A DNA stretch of 64,000 nucleotides from Candidatus Moanibacter sp. (GCA_965215885.1 CBDCEW010000100.1:139569-203568), one strand, 5' to 3'. Shown: positions 41,193-51,809, numbered from the stretch's first letter. Numbers and translations are program-made. The notes: generated from the letters alone by a model not told the origin.

Positions 41193-42554
41193 ATGAATCG
41201 CGGTGAGACAATGACAGGTACGGAATCAGACCGATCTGACCTCGCTATAAACGGTGGACCAAGAGGCGTTCAATCTGACCCAGGTAATCTCTTTAAATGG
41301 CCGATTATTACGCAGGAGGATGAAGAAGCGGTTCTCGGTGTGCTGAGAGGAGGGGCGGCCATCTCGCGCTGGGACATCAGCGCGAAGTTTGAAGAGGAGT
41401 TTTCTCAATGGCAGGGATGCGAATTTGCCATTACTTTCCCGAACGGGACGTCCGCGATTCTCGCCGGTTTGTTCGGTTTGAAGATCGGAGTGGGAGATGA
41501 GGTTATCTGTCCGAGCATAACGTATTGGGCGAGCGCCCTGCCTTGTTTTTCACTCGGCGCCACACCTGTCTTCGCGGATATCGATTCCCAAACTCTCTGC
41601 CTCAACCCTGAGGATTTTGAGTCTCGAATAACCGATAACACGAAAGCAGTAGTGGTGGTCCACTATAGCGGGTATCCAGCGGAGATGGATGCGATCATGG
41701 AGATCGCAGAGAGGAGGGAAATTTCGGTGCTTGAAGATGTGTCTCATGTTCAAGGTGGGATTTACAAAGGGAGTCGTACGGGGTCATTCGGTCGCGTTTC
41801 GGCGGCTTCGCTGATGTCGGGTAAATCACTCGTGGCAGGCGAGGGTGGGGTCGCATGGACCGACGACCAGGAAGTCTATGACCGTATGGTTGCCTGGGGC
41901 CACTACACCCGTTTCACGCCGGAGATTAAGACCGAGTATCTCAGGAAATATGCGGGTTTGCCTATGGGAGGCATCAAAGGGCGTCTCAATCAGATGTCCT
42001 CCGCCTTGGGGCGCGTGCAGTTGAGGCACTATGATGAACGTTGCGAAGTGCTACGGAGATCAATAAATCACTTTTGGGATTTGCTCGAAGACGTTCCGGG
42101 CGTGAAACCACACCGTGTAGAGAGAGATTCGGGCAGCAACATGGCGGGATGGTACTCGCCCAAAGGACACTATTGCCCGGAAGAACTGGGAGGTCTCTCC
42201 ATTACCGGATTTTCCAATGCGGTCTCTGCCGAGGGTTTTGAAATAAGGCCGGGATGCAATTTGCCTCTTCATTTGCATCCGATTTTTTCCGAGGCTGATA
42301 TTTACGGTCACGGGGCACCTACCCGCAACGCGCATTCGAAGCGGGAGATCCGGCAGCCGAGAGGATCTCTTCCTAAGAGCGAAGCTGTGTCAGCACGAGT
42401 CTTCGGCTTCGAACGATTTACTCAGTATCGGCCTGAATTGATCCAAGAATACGCCGGAGCGATACGCAAGGTCTCACGGAACCATGGTGAGCTGCTTGGA
42501 GACGATCCAGGGAATCCTCCGGGTTACGGGGAGTGGAGTTCGTCCTCGCGATAA
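41193..42554 (+). CDS. DegT/DnrJ/EryC1/StrS aminotransferase
   Basis: LAINGG, GDEVI, EDVSH, SLMSGKSLVAGEGG. Confidence 0.9.
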   Translation: MNRGETMTGTESDRSDLAINGGPRGVQSDPGNLFKWPIITQEDEEAVLGVLRGGAAISRWDISAKFEEEFSQWQGCEFAITFPNGTSAILAGLFGLKIGVGDEVICPSITYWASALPCFSLGATPVFADIDSQTLCLNPEDFESRITDNTKAVVVVHYSGYPAEMDAIMEIAERREISVLEDVSHVQGGIYKGSRTGSFGRVSAASLMSGKSLVAGEGGVAWTDDQEVYDRMVAWGHYTRFTPEIKTEYLRKYAGLPMGGIKGRLNQMSSALGRVQLRHYDERCEVLRRSINHFWDLLEDVPGVKPHRVERDSGSNMAGWYSPKGHYCPEELGGLSITGFSNAVSAEGFEIRPGCNLPLHLHPIFSEADIYGHGAPTRNAHSKREIRQPRGSLPKSEAVSARVFGFERFTQYRPELIQEYAGAIRKVSRNHGELLGDDPGNPPGYGEWSSSSR

Positions 42555-42627
42555 TGAGAATCAAGCAAAACGATTGCCTGATATGGATTCCCTAACGAAG
42601 ATTTGAACAAATCAAATAACGACTATC

Positions 42628-42858
42628 GATCACGATTATGATCACGACGGGAAGATCGAAACGGTATTCCTCTACCATCGTGCTTCTCAATCGTGATCTT
42701 CAGTCGATTTTCTCTTCTTTCGAATTTGGATGACGATTATGATCACGACAGAAGATCGAACGAGTTCTCTCCTCTCCCATCGTGCCTCTCAATCGTGATC
42801 TCCCGTCGATTTTTCCTTCTTTCGAAATTAGATCACGATTATGATCACGACGGGAGAC
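42628..42858. repeat. Tandem ~101-bp imperfect repeat (about 2.3 units) of a dispersed GATTACGA-type family
   Basis: ACGATTATGATCACGAC recurs at ~42632, ~42733 and ~42835. Related units at 57329-57410 and, inverted, at ~61520-61600. Confidence 0.75.
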
Positions 42859-42885
42859 GAACCGGTGTTCGTGCACAGGGCCCTT

Positions 42886-43647
42886 TTACTGGGCTAGGAA
42901 ACCTCCGTCCACCGCCATGGCATGTCCGGTCACAAACGAAGCGGCATCAGAGCAGAGCCACAGGACGGTCGCGGCGATTTCTTCAGGGGTGCCGAGTCTG
43001 CCTAATGGGTACCGTTGAATGACTCCATCCCGCCTTCGGGGATCGCTCATATACTCTTCAATCAGGGGCGTCTCGGTGTGACCTGGACAGACAGCGTTTA
43101 CCCTTATGCCATACTGAGCATATTCGAGAGCAGCGGCTTTAGTCAGGCCCACAACACCGTGTTTGCTGGCGACATAGGGGCTGATCCCGTGTCCCGCTCC
43201 GACCATGCCATGAGTTGAAGCGGTATTTACGATCGCGCCTTTCCCCTGAACGCGCATTTGCCGAAGTTCGAATTTCATACACAGGAATACACCCTTTAGA
43301 TTGGTGCTGAGGACCCGTTCCCACTCATCAATCGAACAGTCTGCGACGGGAGCATTTTCGCGTGCGAGAATACCGGCATTGTTAAAAGCAAAGTCGAGTC
43401 GGTGGTAGACCGAGACGACCTTTTCAATCATTGATTTAACTTCCTGTGATCGCGACACGTCAGCTTTCAGAAAGATGGCCTCGCCACCATTCTCCCTGAT
43501 CATCCCCACAGTTTTTTCCCCACCGGAAATCGCGATATCTACGGCAGCGACCTTCGCGCCCGCTTTGGCAAAGGCCAGGGCCGCAGCCCTGCCGATCCCC
43601 GAACTTCCGCCTGTTATAAGAGCGACCTTGCCTTCGAACCCATCCAT
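42886..43647 (-). CDS. SDR family oxidoreductase
   Basis: TGGSSGIG, NNAG, YVASKHG. Confidence 0.93.
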   Translation of the reverse strand: MDGFEGKVALITGGSSGIGRAAALAFAKAGAKVAAVDIAISGGEKTVGMIRENGGEAIFLKADVSRSQEVKSMIEKVVSVYHRLDFAFNNAGILARENAPVADCSIDEWERVLSTNLKGVFLCMKFELRQMRVQGKGAIVNTASTHGMVGAGHGISPYVASKHGVVGLTKAAALEYAQYGIRVNAVCPGHTETPLIEEYMSDPRRRDGVIQRYPLGRLGTPEEIAATVLWLCSDAASFVTGHAMAVDGGFLAQ

Positions 43648-44079
43648 TCAAGCAAATCGATTGTCTCTCATGGACCACCTGGATGGTTCCAGTGCCTTAT
43701 TGAGGTATGTAGGCATGAATTGAAGCGTACTTAATACTGAGAGAATGAAGATGATCATTTTTGTTTTCGGGTAGTCGCTCGAAATTATGAAAATCCCAAT
43801 TAGCTCAGCAGCCTCGGGAAGGGTAGCGCCTATTATAAACAGAATCAACAATGTCTGAATCGATTTTGCTTTTGGTATGAATAGCCATCGTATGCAGGTA
43901 GAAATCAGGATGTGTCCAAAGGCGAGCGAGGGAAAAACGATATTGACGGGCTCTTCAGAATCTTTGCCTTCCAGAATACCTCCACCCAGGGCAAACTGGT
44001 AGGCAATAATCGCTGACAACAACGCGAGCCACATTATCCAGAAAACGATGACTTGCTGTTTTGGATTAGTCTCATTCAT
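43648..44079 (-). CDS. Hypothetical 4-TM membrane protein, AT-rich, possibly a former integron cassette
   Basis: Four hydrophobic segments; an attC-like CTCAATAAGGCACTGGAACC near the 3' end. Confidence 0.6.
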   Translation of the reverse strand: MNETNPKQQVIVFWIMWLALLSAIIAYQFALGGGILEGKDSEEPVNIVFPSLAFGHILISTCIRWLFIPKAKSIQTLLILFIIGATLPEAAELIGIFIISSDYPKTKMIIFILSVLSTLQFMPTYLNKALEPSRWSMRDNRFA

Positions 44080-44247
44080 TTCTCATAAACGTTGATTCAT
44101 TCTCAACCGCAAAGCATAGTTTTTTGTAGATATCCTGTGCCCCTGGAAGAGGAATGGCAAGGTTCCAAGAATGCTGCCCGACAACGACGGACCCGACCTC
44201 TCATCCGCTTCGAATAGCGTAGGAACGGTACTGCGATTGTGTGTTCA

Positions 44248-45447
44248 TCAAATCGCGTAGTAATTTGCATAAAAGCGTTTACTCTCTACTCTGATCCAAT
44301 CCATATCCGCTGTTCGTTCGCCAAATCGCGAAGGTGAAAACATCTGCACACTATCTTCCGTCTGTCCGATGGTTACGTATTCTGTGAGCCACTTTCCGAT
44401 CGCCGCGGAACCGGCAATCCCGAGGGCCGCGCAACCTGAGGCGAAAAAGAGATTGGAAACCGCTGGATGGGGGCCGATCACATAAGCTCCGTCCGGTGCG
44501 AATGTCGTTATTCCCTGATGTCTTTCCGAAATGGGCAGTCCCTGCAGGTCCGGAAAGATCGGAGACAGCCGCCTCGTCGCTTCAGCCATTGTTTCGATTG
44601 GCGGTTGGACGTGGTCCGTAGCGAATTCACTCGGGTACAGATTCAGGTTGACTGTTTTCGGTGAAGATTCGAAGAAGCCATAGAGATAGCCTCCCAGTTC
44701 TCGACGTAAATAGCAACTGAGGTCAGTGACGCGGACGACTGGAAAGTGTTCAGGAATCGTTTTTGAAGGTCTCGTCACGACCCTCTGGTGACGAATCGGT
44801 TGTACGGGTAGAGTGCATCCGCACTCTTTTGCAAGAAGCGCGCTCCAGGGCCCGGCGGTAACAACAACCCGACTTGCATCAAACCGCTTGCCTTGGATTT
44901 CGACACCCTGAACTTCATCGCCGACCGTTAATATGTCCGTGACTCGCGCATTCGACACAATATTTACACCGAGATCCGTTGCCGCCGCAGCGTAAGCCTG
45001 TGCGCAGATGGAGGGGTCGAGGTAACCATCTCCCGGGACAAAGTAACCACCCTTAAGCAGAGTAAGATTGATGGATGGGGCGAGTTTCCGGATCTCAGTA
45101 TCCGTCAGAAAGTTAGCCTCGATGCCTTCGCTACATGCCTTTGCAACCTGCTCCTCATAGGATCTCATTCGCTCGTCACTGAGGGCAAGCATGAGGCTAC
45201 CTGAGCGGTGGAGTCCGGGATCGTGACCAGTTTCCTCTTTAAAGGCAGACAGTAGATCGAGTGCATAGCGAACGGCTCGCAACATAGTCGGATCGCTTCG
45301 AATTTGACCGATGAGGCCTGCCGCACGAGGGGTGGTTTCGCTCGCGATCTTTGAGTTTCTCTCAAAAACGAAAATTTCCTTCAGACCAGATCTTGCGAGG
45401 TGGTAGGCCGTGGACAACCCCCAGATTCCACCTCCCACGATTGCGCA
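44248..45447 (-). pseudogene. FAD-dependent oxidoreductase (GcvT/dimethylglycine dehydrogenase N-domain-like), start lost
   Basis: AIVGGGIWG directly abuts an unrelated gene fragment; ETTPRAAG and FAPDG motifs. Confidence 0.75.
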
Positions 45448-45862
45448 TACCTGGCAGGCGCTGGAGATATTGAAGGTGTCGCGGATCGATCACGGGATGA
45501 ACTCCGTCCAGGATCCCTGGCTCGTTCGTGAGATCAATCGCCGAGACATAGCTCTTACTGTTTGTCCGCTCGCCTACAAGTGTGGCCACAGTGGCATGTA
45601 TGAACATGTCATTCAGCAAATGATGGAGAAGGACATGCGGGTGACGCTCAATTCGGATGATCCCGCATATATGAATGGATATATCGGGGACGTATTCAAT
45701 GCTGTGCAGGCGGCGCTGGACCTGAACCCTACGCAGATCTACAAGCTCTGCCGTAACGCTTTTGAGGCTGCCTTTCTCTCCGACTCGAAAAAAAGAGAGT
45801 ATATATCCAAGCTGGATGAGGTGTCGCGCGAATGGGAAAATGAGTGTAAGATCCCAAGTTAG
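45448..45862 (+). pseudogene. 3' fragment of an adenosine/adenine deaminase
   Basis: WQALEILKVSRIDHG, TVCP, TLNSDDPAY. The N-terminal HxH region is absent. Confidence 0.8.
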
Positions 45863-46204
45863 AGCAAAGCTCTTGTATTCCATCTGCTAAGCGGGACCTC
45901 ATTATCTTCGATCCCCCCCCCCCCCCCCCCCCCCCCCCACGGCTCTTAATGATAATTCGCTATTATTTTTAACTTGGTAATTTCCGGTAGCTTGCTACGG
46001 GGTGCTGACTTGACTGTATTGTCATCGTGCGCGGAGCGCCCGATCCACCAGTAGCAAGGATGCTAGTGGTGGAACGGCCCCTCCGGGGACGTTCGTATCA
46101 ACTTCGAGTAAAGCATAGGCAAGTTCTGCACAAATGGCGAAAGAGTTAGATACCCCGTCCGCGGCAAGCCGGGACGGGGAGTGTTCATTGAAAATTAAAA
46201 ATAA

Positions 46205-47685
46205 GGGTCTACAGCAGAATCTGTGGGTGGGTAACGTCGCTTACAAGAGGAAATAGAGTCGGTGAGCACAAGGAGAAGTCAGGGCGCTGCCCTGAATCCC
46301 GCTCCTCCACAGCCGGAGGGGCTGGTCGGTGTTTTCTTTGCATATGGGATTGAAAGGTTGAAGCACCGGGCCGTTCCGAGGATGAAAGTAGTACCGAAAA
46401 TACATCCTGAACACGGAGGACCCAGTGCTCATCAAAACGCTACTGAATCGGTGCTATTGGCTCAAGAGCTTTGTTTACGCAAAGGCGAGTATGGAAATGG
46501 TGAAATCGGTGGAGGCGATTGTGGTGCAGATTGAGCCGCGCAAGAATAGTCGGGTGTGCTGTTCGGGGTGTGGCCGGACGGCCAGCGGCTACGACCACAT
46601 GAGCGAGGCGAGGCATTTTGAATTTGTGCCCTTGTGGGGGATGAAGGTGTATTTTCGTTACCGCATGCGGCGGGTCAATTGCCGGCGGTGCGGGGTGAAG
46701 GTCGAAGAGGTGCCCTGGGCCAAGGGCAAGAGTCATCTGAGTTGGCCAATGCAATGGTTTCTGGCCCAGTGGGCGAGGCGCTTGAGCTGGGAAGAGACGG
46801 CAAGGGTTTTTCGCATTTGGCGCAACGTCTTCGAGTCGGTCGAGGCGATGGTGCGTTGGGGGCTCAAACGGCGCGATATGAGCGGGATTGAGGCGATCGG
46901 AGTCGATGAGGTGCAGTATCATCGAGGCCATCACTGTCTCACCGTGGTCTACCAGCTTGACGAGGGGCGGCGTCGGCTATTGGGCGTATTCAATAAGCGC
47001 AACGTAAAATCGCTCTTGCGTTTTTTCTGGGAATTGGGAGCGCAAAAGAGCAGCCAGATCCTCTACGTCTGCTCGGATCTGTGGAAGCCTTACCTCAAAG
47101 TGATCAAGAAAAAGGCACCCCAGGCGCTGCACATCCTCGATCGCTTCCACTTGGTAGCCAACCTGAACAAGGCCCTCAATGAGATTCGTGCTGCGGAAGC
47201 CAGGCGATTGCAACGGGACGGCTACATCAACGTGCTGGTCAAAAGCAAATACTGTTTCTTCGAAAAATCCGCAAAATCTCACCCCCACCCAACAGATTCG
47301 CCTCAAGGAGGTGCTCCAATACGATCTGAAGAGCGTGCGGGCCTATCTACTAAAGGAGAGCTTTCAGCTCTTGTGGCATTATAAAAGTCCCTACTGGGCC
47401 CAATGGTATCTGAAAAAATGGTGCACGCGCGCCATGCGTTCGCGCCTCAAACCGATCAAAAGGTTCGTGCGCTCGGTGCGCAACCACGAGCCGCTCATCC
47501 TCAACTGGTTTCGGGCCAAAAAGGCCTTTTCCTGCGGCATTGTGGAGGGCTTTAACCGCAATATAAATCTCACTATCAGAAAAGCATACGGCTTTAAGAG
47601 CTTCGAAGTGCTTAAGATCGCCCTATTTCATACCATGGGCGACTTGCCTGAACCCGAAATAACCCACAGATTCTGCTGACGAGGC
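46205..47685 (+). mobile_element. ISL3-family insertion sequence
   Basis: IRs GGGTCTACAGCAGAATCTGTGGGT and ACCCACAGATTCTGCTGACGAGGC. 8-bp TSD AAAAATAA at 46197-46204 and 47686-47693. Confidence 0.9.
46425..47679 (+). pseudogene. ISL3 transposase with one frameshift near 47260
   Basis: CxxC zinc finger, IGVDE, LDRFHL; second frame carries VEGFN and KAYGF. Removing one base gives YCFLKNPQNLT. Confidence 0.88.
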
Positions 47686-47852
47686 AAAAATAAGGATCGA
47701 GCGACAGAAGAGAGCGGGAGACGCACGGCGATATCGCCGTGGCTACGGCGGAACGCATTGGTGCGGTTTGAGGGCGACCCTGAGGAGGGACAACCCACCC
47801 CAATCCCCTCCCAGGAGGGGTGCCTGTTCAGCCTCTTTCCCTTCCATTGCTG

Positions 47853-48042
47853 GCTGCCCCGGTCTTGTGCCGGGGTGTCGCGCGTTTCTTGCTACACATC
47901 GGATGCTTCCCCGACGCTCGCCCCCCGCGCCTTCTCGCCCCAGCGCGGCCGCGCTGGGGCGAGAAGGCGCGGGGGGCGTGAGGTGCCATTGGCTTATTGT
48001 AGCTTTAGATCGTGCGACACCCCGGCACAAGACCGGGGCAGC
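47853..48042. repeat. MITE/REPIN-like unit: 29-bp perfect inverted repeats enclosing a 60-bp perfect palindrome
   Basis: GCTGCCCCGGTCTTGTGCCGGGGTGTCGC (47853-47881) and its complement (48014-48042); palindrome at 47919-47978. A single arm also occurs at ~4942-4963. Confidence 0.8.
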
Positions 48043-48212
48043 TTCAAATCACGTTAAACACGTACCAGGAGGGGATCTTATCCTGTCGGTATTAAGTCAT
48101 GAAATTCCCCTCCCTCGGAGGGGTAAGGGGTGGGTTCTTTCCAAGCCATCATGGGCCTCAATCCGTTTTAAATTGACCGCGGCTTCAGATCTGGTGCTAT
48201 CGTATTACTCTT

Positions 48213-49154
48213 ATGAGATTATCACATTTTTCTGATAATTCACGGTCCTGTTTTAGTCCAATTCTAGTATTTCTCCTGATTTTCACCTCAGAAAGGGAAG
48301 TTAGGGGAGAAGAGGATGGCGGAGGCGAGAAGCGGAACGTCCTCGCTGTAATCGGAGGTTCAACCATCGACCGGCGTCGCGAAGGGAGATATTTCATCGA
48401 CGGTGTAGCCGAGATTGAGAATGAGTTTACTGTCGAAACAGCGGCTGGAACCAGTCCCCAAATTCTCAAAGTTAAGTATCAAGGGATCTGGTTTTACTAT
48501 GTAAAGTATCACGGGTATCCCGGTGTCGAGGCCCAACGATTCACGAGTGGGAAGAACTTTGTCACAATGTTTGCGGCATTCCACAAACTGGGAGTAACCC
48601 ACATAATTGGGGGTGCGACAAGTGGGGGAATCCATGCGACCTACCGAAATGGCGATCTCGTAATTGCGGACGATATACTGAATTTCAACTTTGAGCGACC
48701 TTCCAGTATCTTGGCGGCGGCCGACATCGAGAGGCCGGGTGTGCGTGCTCGCTACAACCCGCCGTTCTGCCCGGACATTCGCAAGATCGTCTATGAACTG
48801 GCTTCCAAATCCTACGAGGGGCGTGTTCATCCGCGAGGTACAATCGTTCAAGACGATTCGAGTCGTTACGAAACTCCGGCTGAAATCCGTTTTTATCGGA
48901 GCGCGGGCGGCGACATCGTCACTCACAACGTCGTAACCGAAGCCATTTATGCCAGACAATTGGGTATGCATTTTGCAGTCATCAATTCCATTTCTAATCC
49001 GGCAGAGGGAGTGGGGAGTTTTACGCTTCATGAAGAGATGGGGGTAGGCGACAGGATTGCGGAAGGAGCAATACCAGTAGTGCTTCAAGCGTTACTTATT
49101 CTAAGCGACCACGAGCCGAAGTGCGGGATAAATTGTACGGGTGAGAGATACTGA
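48213..49154 (+). CDS. MTAP/purine nucleoside phosphorylase-like protein with N-terminal signal-like segment (paralog 1)
   Basis: AVIGGS, PPFCP, RYETPAEI, EAIYARQLG, SNPAEG. Confidence 0.8.
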   Translation: MRLSHFSDNSRSCFSPILVFLLIFTSEREVRGEEDGGGEKRNVLAVIGGSTIDRRREGRYFIDGVAEIENEFTVETAAGTSPQILKVKYQGIWFYYVKYHGYPGVEAQRFTSGKNFVTMFAAFHKLGVTHIIGGATSGGIHATYRNGDLVIADDILNFNFERPSSILAAADIERPGVRARYNPPFCPDIRKIVYELASKSYEGRVHPRGTIVQDDSSRYETPAEIRFYRSAGGDIVTHNVVTEAIYARQLGMHFAVINSISNPAEGVGSFTLHEEMGVGDRIAEGAIPVVLQALLILSDHEPKCGINCTGERY

Positions 49155-50054
49155 ATGCATCTGCGTCGTTTCTTAACAGTCTATTTATTCTTTGGAGTGG
49201 TCATTATGAGTGCGGAAGAGATGAACAAAAATGCAATAAAGCTTGCGGTTGTCGGAGGTTCGACGATCGACAGGTGGGGACGATTTTTCGCGGAAGGTCG
49301 CGGCGATGTTGAGGTGGAGCGCAAATTCACGGTTGAGACAAATGCGGGCACGAGTCCGGAATTTTACCAGTTGCGCCACAAGGACGTCTCTTTCTACTAC
49401 GTGAAGTTTCATGGCTATTCCGATGAAGACACGAGCGACCGGCTCAGTGGGTCAAATTTTGTCCTCGTGTTTGCCGCTTTGCACCAACTCGGAGTGACAC
49501 ACGTAATCGGAGGAGCGACCGGTGGTGGCATCCAGCCCACCTACCGAAACGGCGATCTCGTAATCGCCGACGACCTCCTGAATTTCAATTTCGAGCGACC
49601 TTCAAGCATCCTGGATGCGGCCGGCATTGAAAGGCCGGGTGTACGCGCACGATACAATCCGCCATTTTGCCCGGATATTCGAAAGATCCTCTATGAACTC
49701 GCTACGAAGAGCTATGAGGGTAGGGTGCATCCCATTGGGACCGTTGTTCAATCGCAGCCAAACCGCTACGAAACTCCCGCTGAAATTCGGTTTTATCGAA
49801 GTATCGGCGGCGATTTCGTAACCCATAACGTCGCGACCGAGGCGATATACGCCAGGCAGTTGGGTATACATTTTGCAGTAATCAATTCCGTCTCAAACCC
49901 GGCCGAGGGGGTTCGACCGTTTACGGTCGATGAAGAGTTGGATGTCGGAAAGAAGATAGCAGCAGGAGCGATTCCCGTCGTTCTCGAAACACTCGTTCGT
50001 TTGAACAACCATGAACCCCAGTGTGGGATTAACTGCACGGGGGAGCAGTATTGA
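49155..50054 (+). CDS. MTAP/purine nucleoside phosphorylase-like protein with N-terminal signal-like segment (paralog 2)
   Basis: Same motifs as paralog 1; tandem duplicate whose ATG directly follows the upstream TGA. Confidence 0.8.
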   Translation: MHLRRFLTVYLFFGVVIMSAEEMNKNAIKLAVVGGSTIDRWGRFFAEGRGDVEVERKFTVETNAGTSPEFYQLRHKDVSFYYVKFHGYSDEDTSDRLSGSNFVLVFAALHQLGVTHVIGGATGGGIQPTYRNGDLVIADDLLNFNFERPSSILDAAGIERPGVRARYNPPFCPDIRKILYELATKSYEGRVHPIGTVVQSQPNRYETPAEIRFYRSIGGDFVTHNVATEAIYARQLGIHFAVINSVSNPAEGVRPFTVDEELDVGKKIAAGAIPVVLETLVRLNNHEPQCGINCTGEQY

Positions 50055-50096
50055 GGGGAGAGTGGTTGGCAAGTGTGCAGTAAACAGCTACACTAA

Positions 50097-51206
50097 TCAC
50101 AGTATCCGCTTCAAAGCATCAAACAGGCGGTCGACACTTTCTCGGGCTGAATTGCCACCCATGAGACCGACCCGCCACACTTTTCCCGCAAGCTGACCGA
50201 GACCTGCGCCGATTTCGATACCATATTCGTTAAGCAGCAGCGATCGTGTGGCAGCGTCGTCAACACCTTCAGGTATCGTGAAGGTTGTTAATGCGTTTAA
50301 TCGATCGGCTTCAGGCACGAGAGGTTCCAGCCCGAGTTCAGCAAATCTTTCAATCAGGTACTGAGCCGTGGCCCTATGCCGTTCCCAACGCGCCTCCAAA
50401 CCCTCTTCAAGGACTTCAGTGAGGCCCTGGTGCAGCCCAAAAATCATGCTGATGGGCGCCGTATGATGGTAGACACGCGCCGTCGCGTCCGTGAGATACT
50501 TTTGAAGTTCACGCAAGTTAAAGTAGAAGCTGGGTATATTGGATTTGCGGTTTGCAAGGACCTCTATGGCGCGAGGAGATATTGTAACCGGGGCCAGGCC
50601 AGGGGGGCAGGCAAGTCCTTTTTGACTGCATGAGAACACAAGATCAGCCCCCCAATTGTCGATTTCTACCGGGCAAGTGGCAAGCGTGGTGACGCAATCG
50701 ACACAGAGGAGGCCTCCGTTTTCGTGGACCACCTGTGAAACTCCCTCCATATTCTGGTAAACGCCGGTAGAAGTCTCCCCGTTGACTATTCCGACAACTT
50801 TGGGATTAATTTTTCCGATTTTTTGAAAGAATTCCTCTCTTTCGATGGAAGTCCCCCAGGCATATTCGTAGCGAGTAGTCTCCGCCCCGATTCGCTCAGC
50901 AATACTCGCGAGGCGATCACCGAAAAAGCCGCCAACTGCGATCACGGCTTTGTCTCTAGGTTCGAGCATATTCACCAGGAGGAGTTCCATTCCGGATGTA
51001 CCTGTACCGGAGACGGGGAATGTAATTGAATTTTCCGTTCGGAAAACTTCCCGGAGCATCGATTGGCACGAATCCAGAATCTCGATAAACTCCGGATCCA
51101 TATGTCCTAACATCGGTCGCCCTAGAGCCTCCAGAACTCCCGCTGAAGGATTACTGGGTCCGGGACCAAGTAACAGTTTTTCTCTTACTGGTCGAGCGGT
51201 CGTCAT
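50097..51206 (-). CDS. Alanine--glyoxylate/PucG-like class V aminotransferase
   Basis: LLLGPGPS, SGTG, ETSTGV, SQKGLACPPG, YHHTAP. Confidence 0.92.
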   Translation of the reverse strand: MTTARPVREKLLLGPGPSNPSAGVLEALGRPMLGHMDPEFIEILDSCQSMLREVFRTENSITFPVSGTGTSGMELLLVNMLEPRDKAVIAVGGFFGDRLASIAERIGAETTRYEYAWGTSIEREEFFQKIGKINPKVVGIVNGETSTGVYQNMEGVSQVVHENGGLLCVDCVTTLATCPVEIDNWGADLVFSCSQKGLACPPGLAPVTISPRAIEVLANRKSNIPSFYFNLRELQKYLTDATARVYHHTAPISMIFGLHQGLTEVLEEGLEARWERHRATAQYLIERFAELGLEPLVPEADRLNALTTFTIPEGVDDAATRSLLLNEYGIEIGAGLGQLAGKVWRVGLMGGNSARESVDRLFDALKRIL

Positions 51207-51338
51207 TTCCCCTATTATTTGAATCAACTCTTTTCCGAATGGAATGAAACGGTGGCAAATTAACCGGGGCGAGAGTAATTACAAGAAAAGAGTATGTTTG
51301 TCGTTGGCATTTCTTTCAGGCTCGTTTTTGGTATCGGC

Positions 51339-51809
51339 ATGAAACATTCAGTGAAGGGATATGGGTGGAAGGTGAAGCGGTTATGCGTGACGCTGGTCTT
51401 GATTACAGGTCTATTCTATTGGATTAATGCGGGGACTGGTAGGGCTACTTCGACTGATGAAATCGCACAGTCTGGAGCTAATCCCGTTCGATATGTAAAG
51501 ACTGAACTCTACTACGGCGCAGGCTTGAGAGAGGGTAGAGGCGACTACGAAACTCTATGGAATGATTACCTCGACAATGACGTTACTCCCCGATTCAGAG
51601 AGGGATTGACGCTCTTGGAAGCCACCGGCCAATGGCGGGTGAAGGAAGGCAAAAAGCCGAGGCGCAATCGCTCGAAGATCCTGATTCTGATTCACGAAGC
51701 TTCGCCGGATAGATTTGATATGATCGAGGAAGTTCGGGAGATCTGGAAGAAGAAATCAGGGCACCGATCCGTGCTTAAGGTAACAATTCCTGCTGAGGTG
51801 AGCTACTGA
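51339..51809 (+). CDS. DUF3574-like exported protein
   Basis: TELYYG, VTPRFREGLT, GQWR, SVLKV; N-terminal TM/signal segment. Confidence 0.75.
   Translation: MKHSVKGYGWKVKRLCVTLVLITGLFYWINAGTGRATSTDEIAQSGANPVRYVKTELYYGAGLREGRGDYETLWNDYLDNDVTPRFREGLTLLEATGQWRVKEGKKPRRNRSKILILIHEASPDRFDMIEEVREIWKKKSGHRSVLKVTIPAEVSY

Noticed and set aside
42628..42858. CRISPR array
   Set aside because: The sequences between repeats are homologous to each other, the period is ~101 bp, and there are no cas genes in the window.
45913..45938. Poly-C tract as a phase-variation switch
   Set aside because: Intergenic after a pseudogene; a 26-C run is more likely a sequencing or assembly artefact.
45941..46200. Possible ncRNA or second ISL3 end (GGCTCTT..., hairpin CCACCAGTAGCA/TGCTAGTGGTGG)
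   Set aside because: No matching partner end or recognisable RNA family; too little support.
47250..47270. Programmed frameshift in the ISL3 transposase
   Set aside because: ISL3 transposases are normally a single ORF, and one extra base explains the break.
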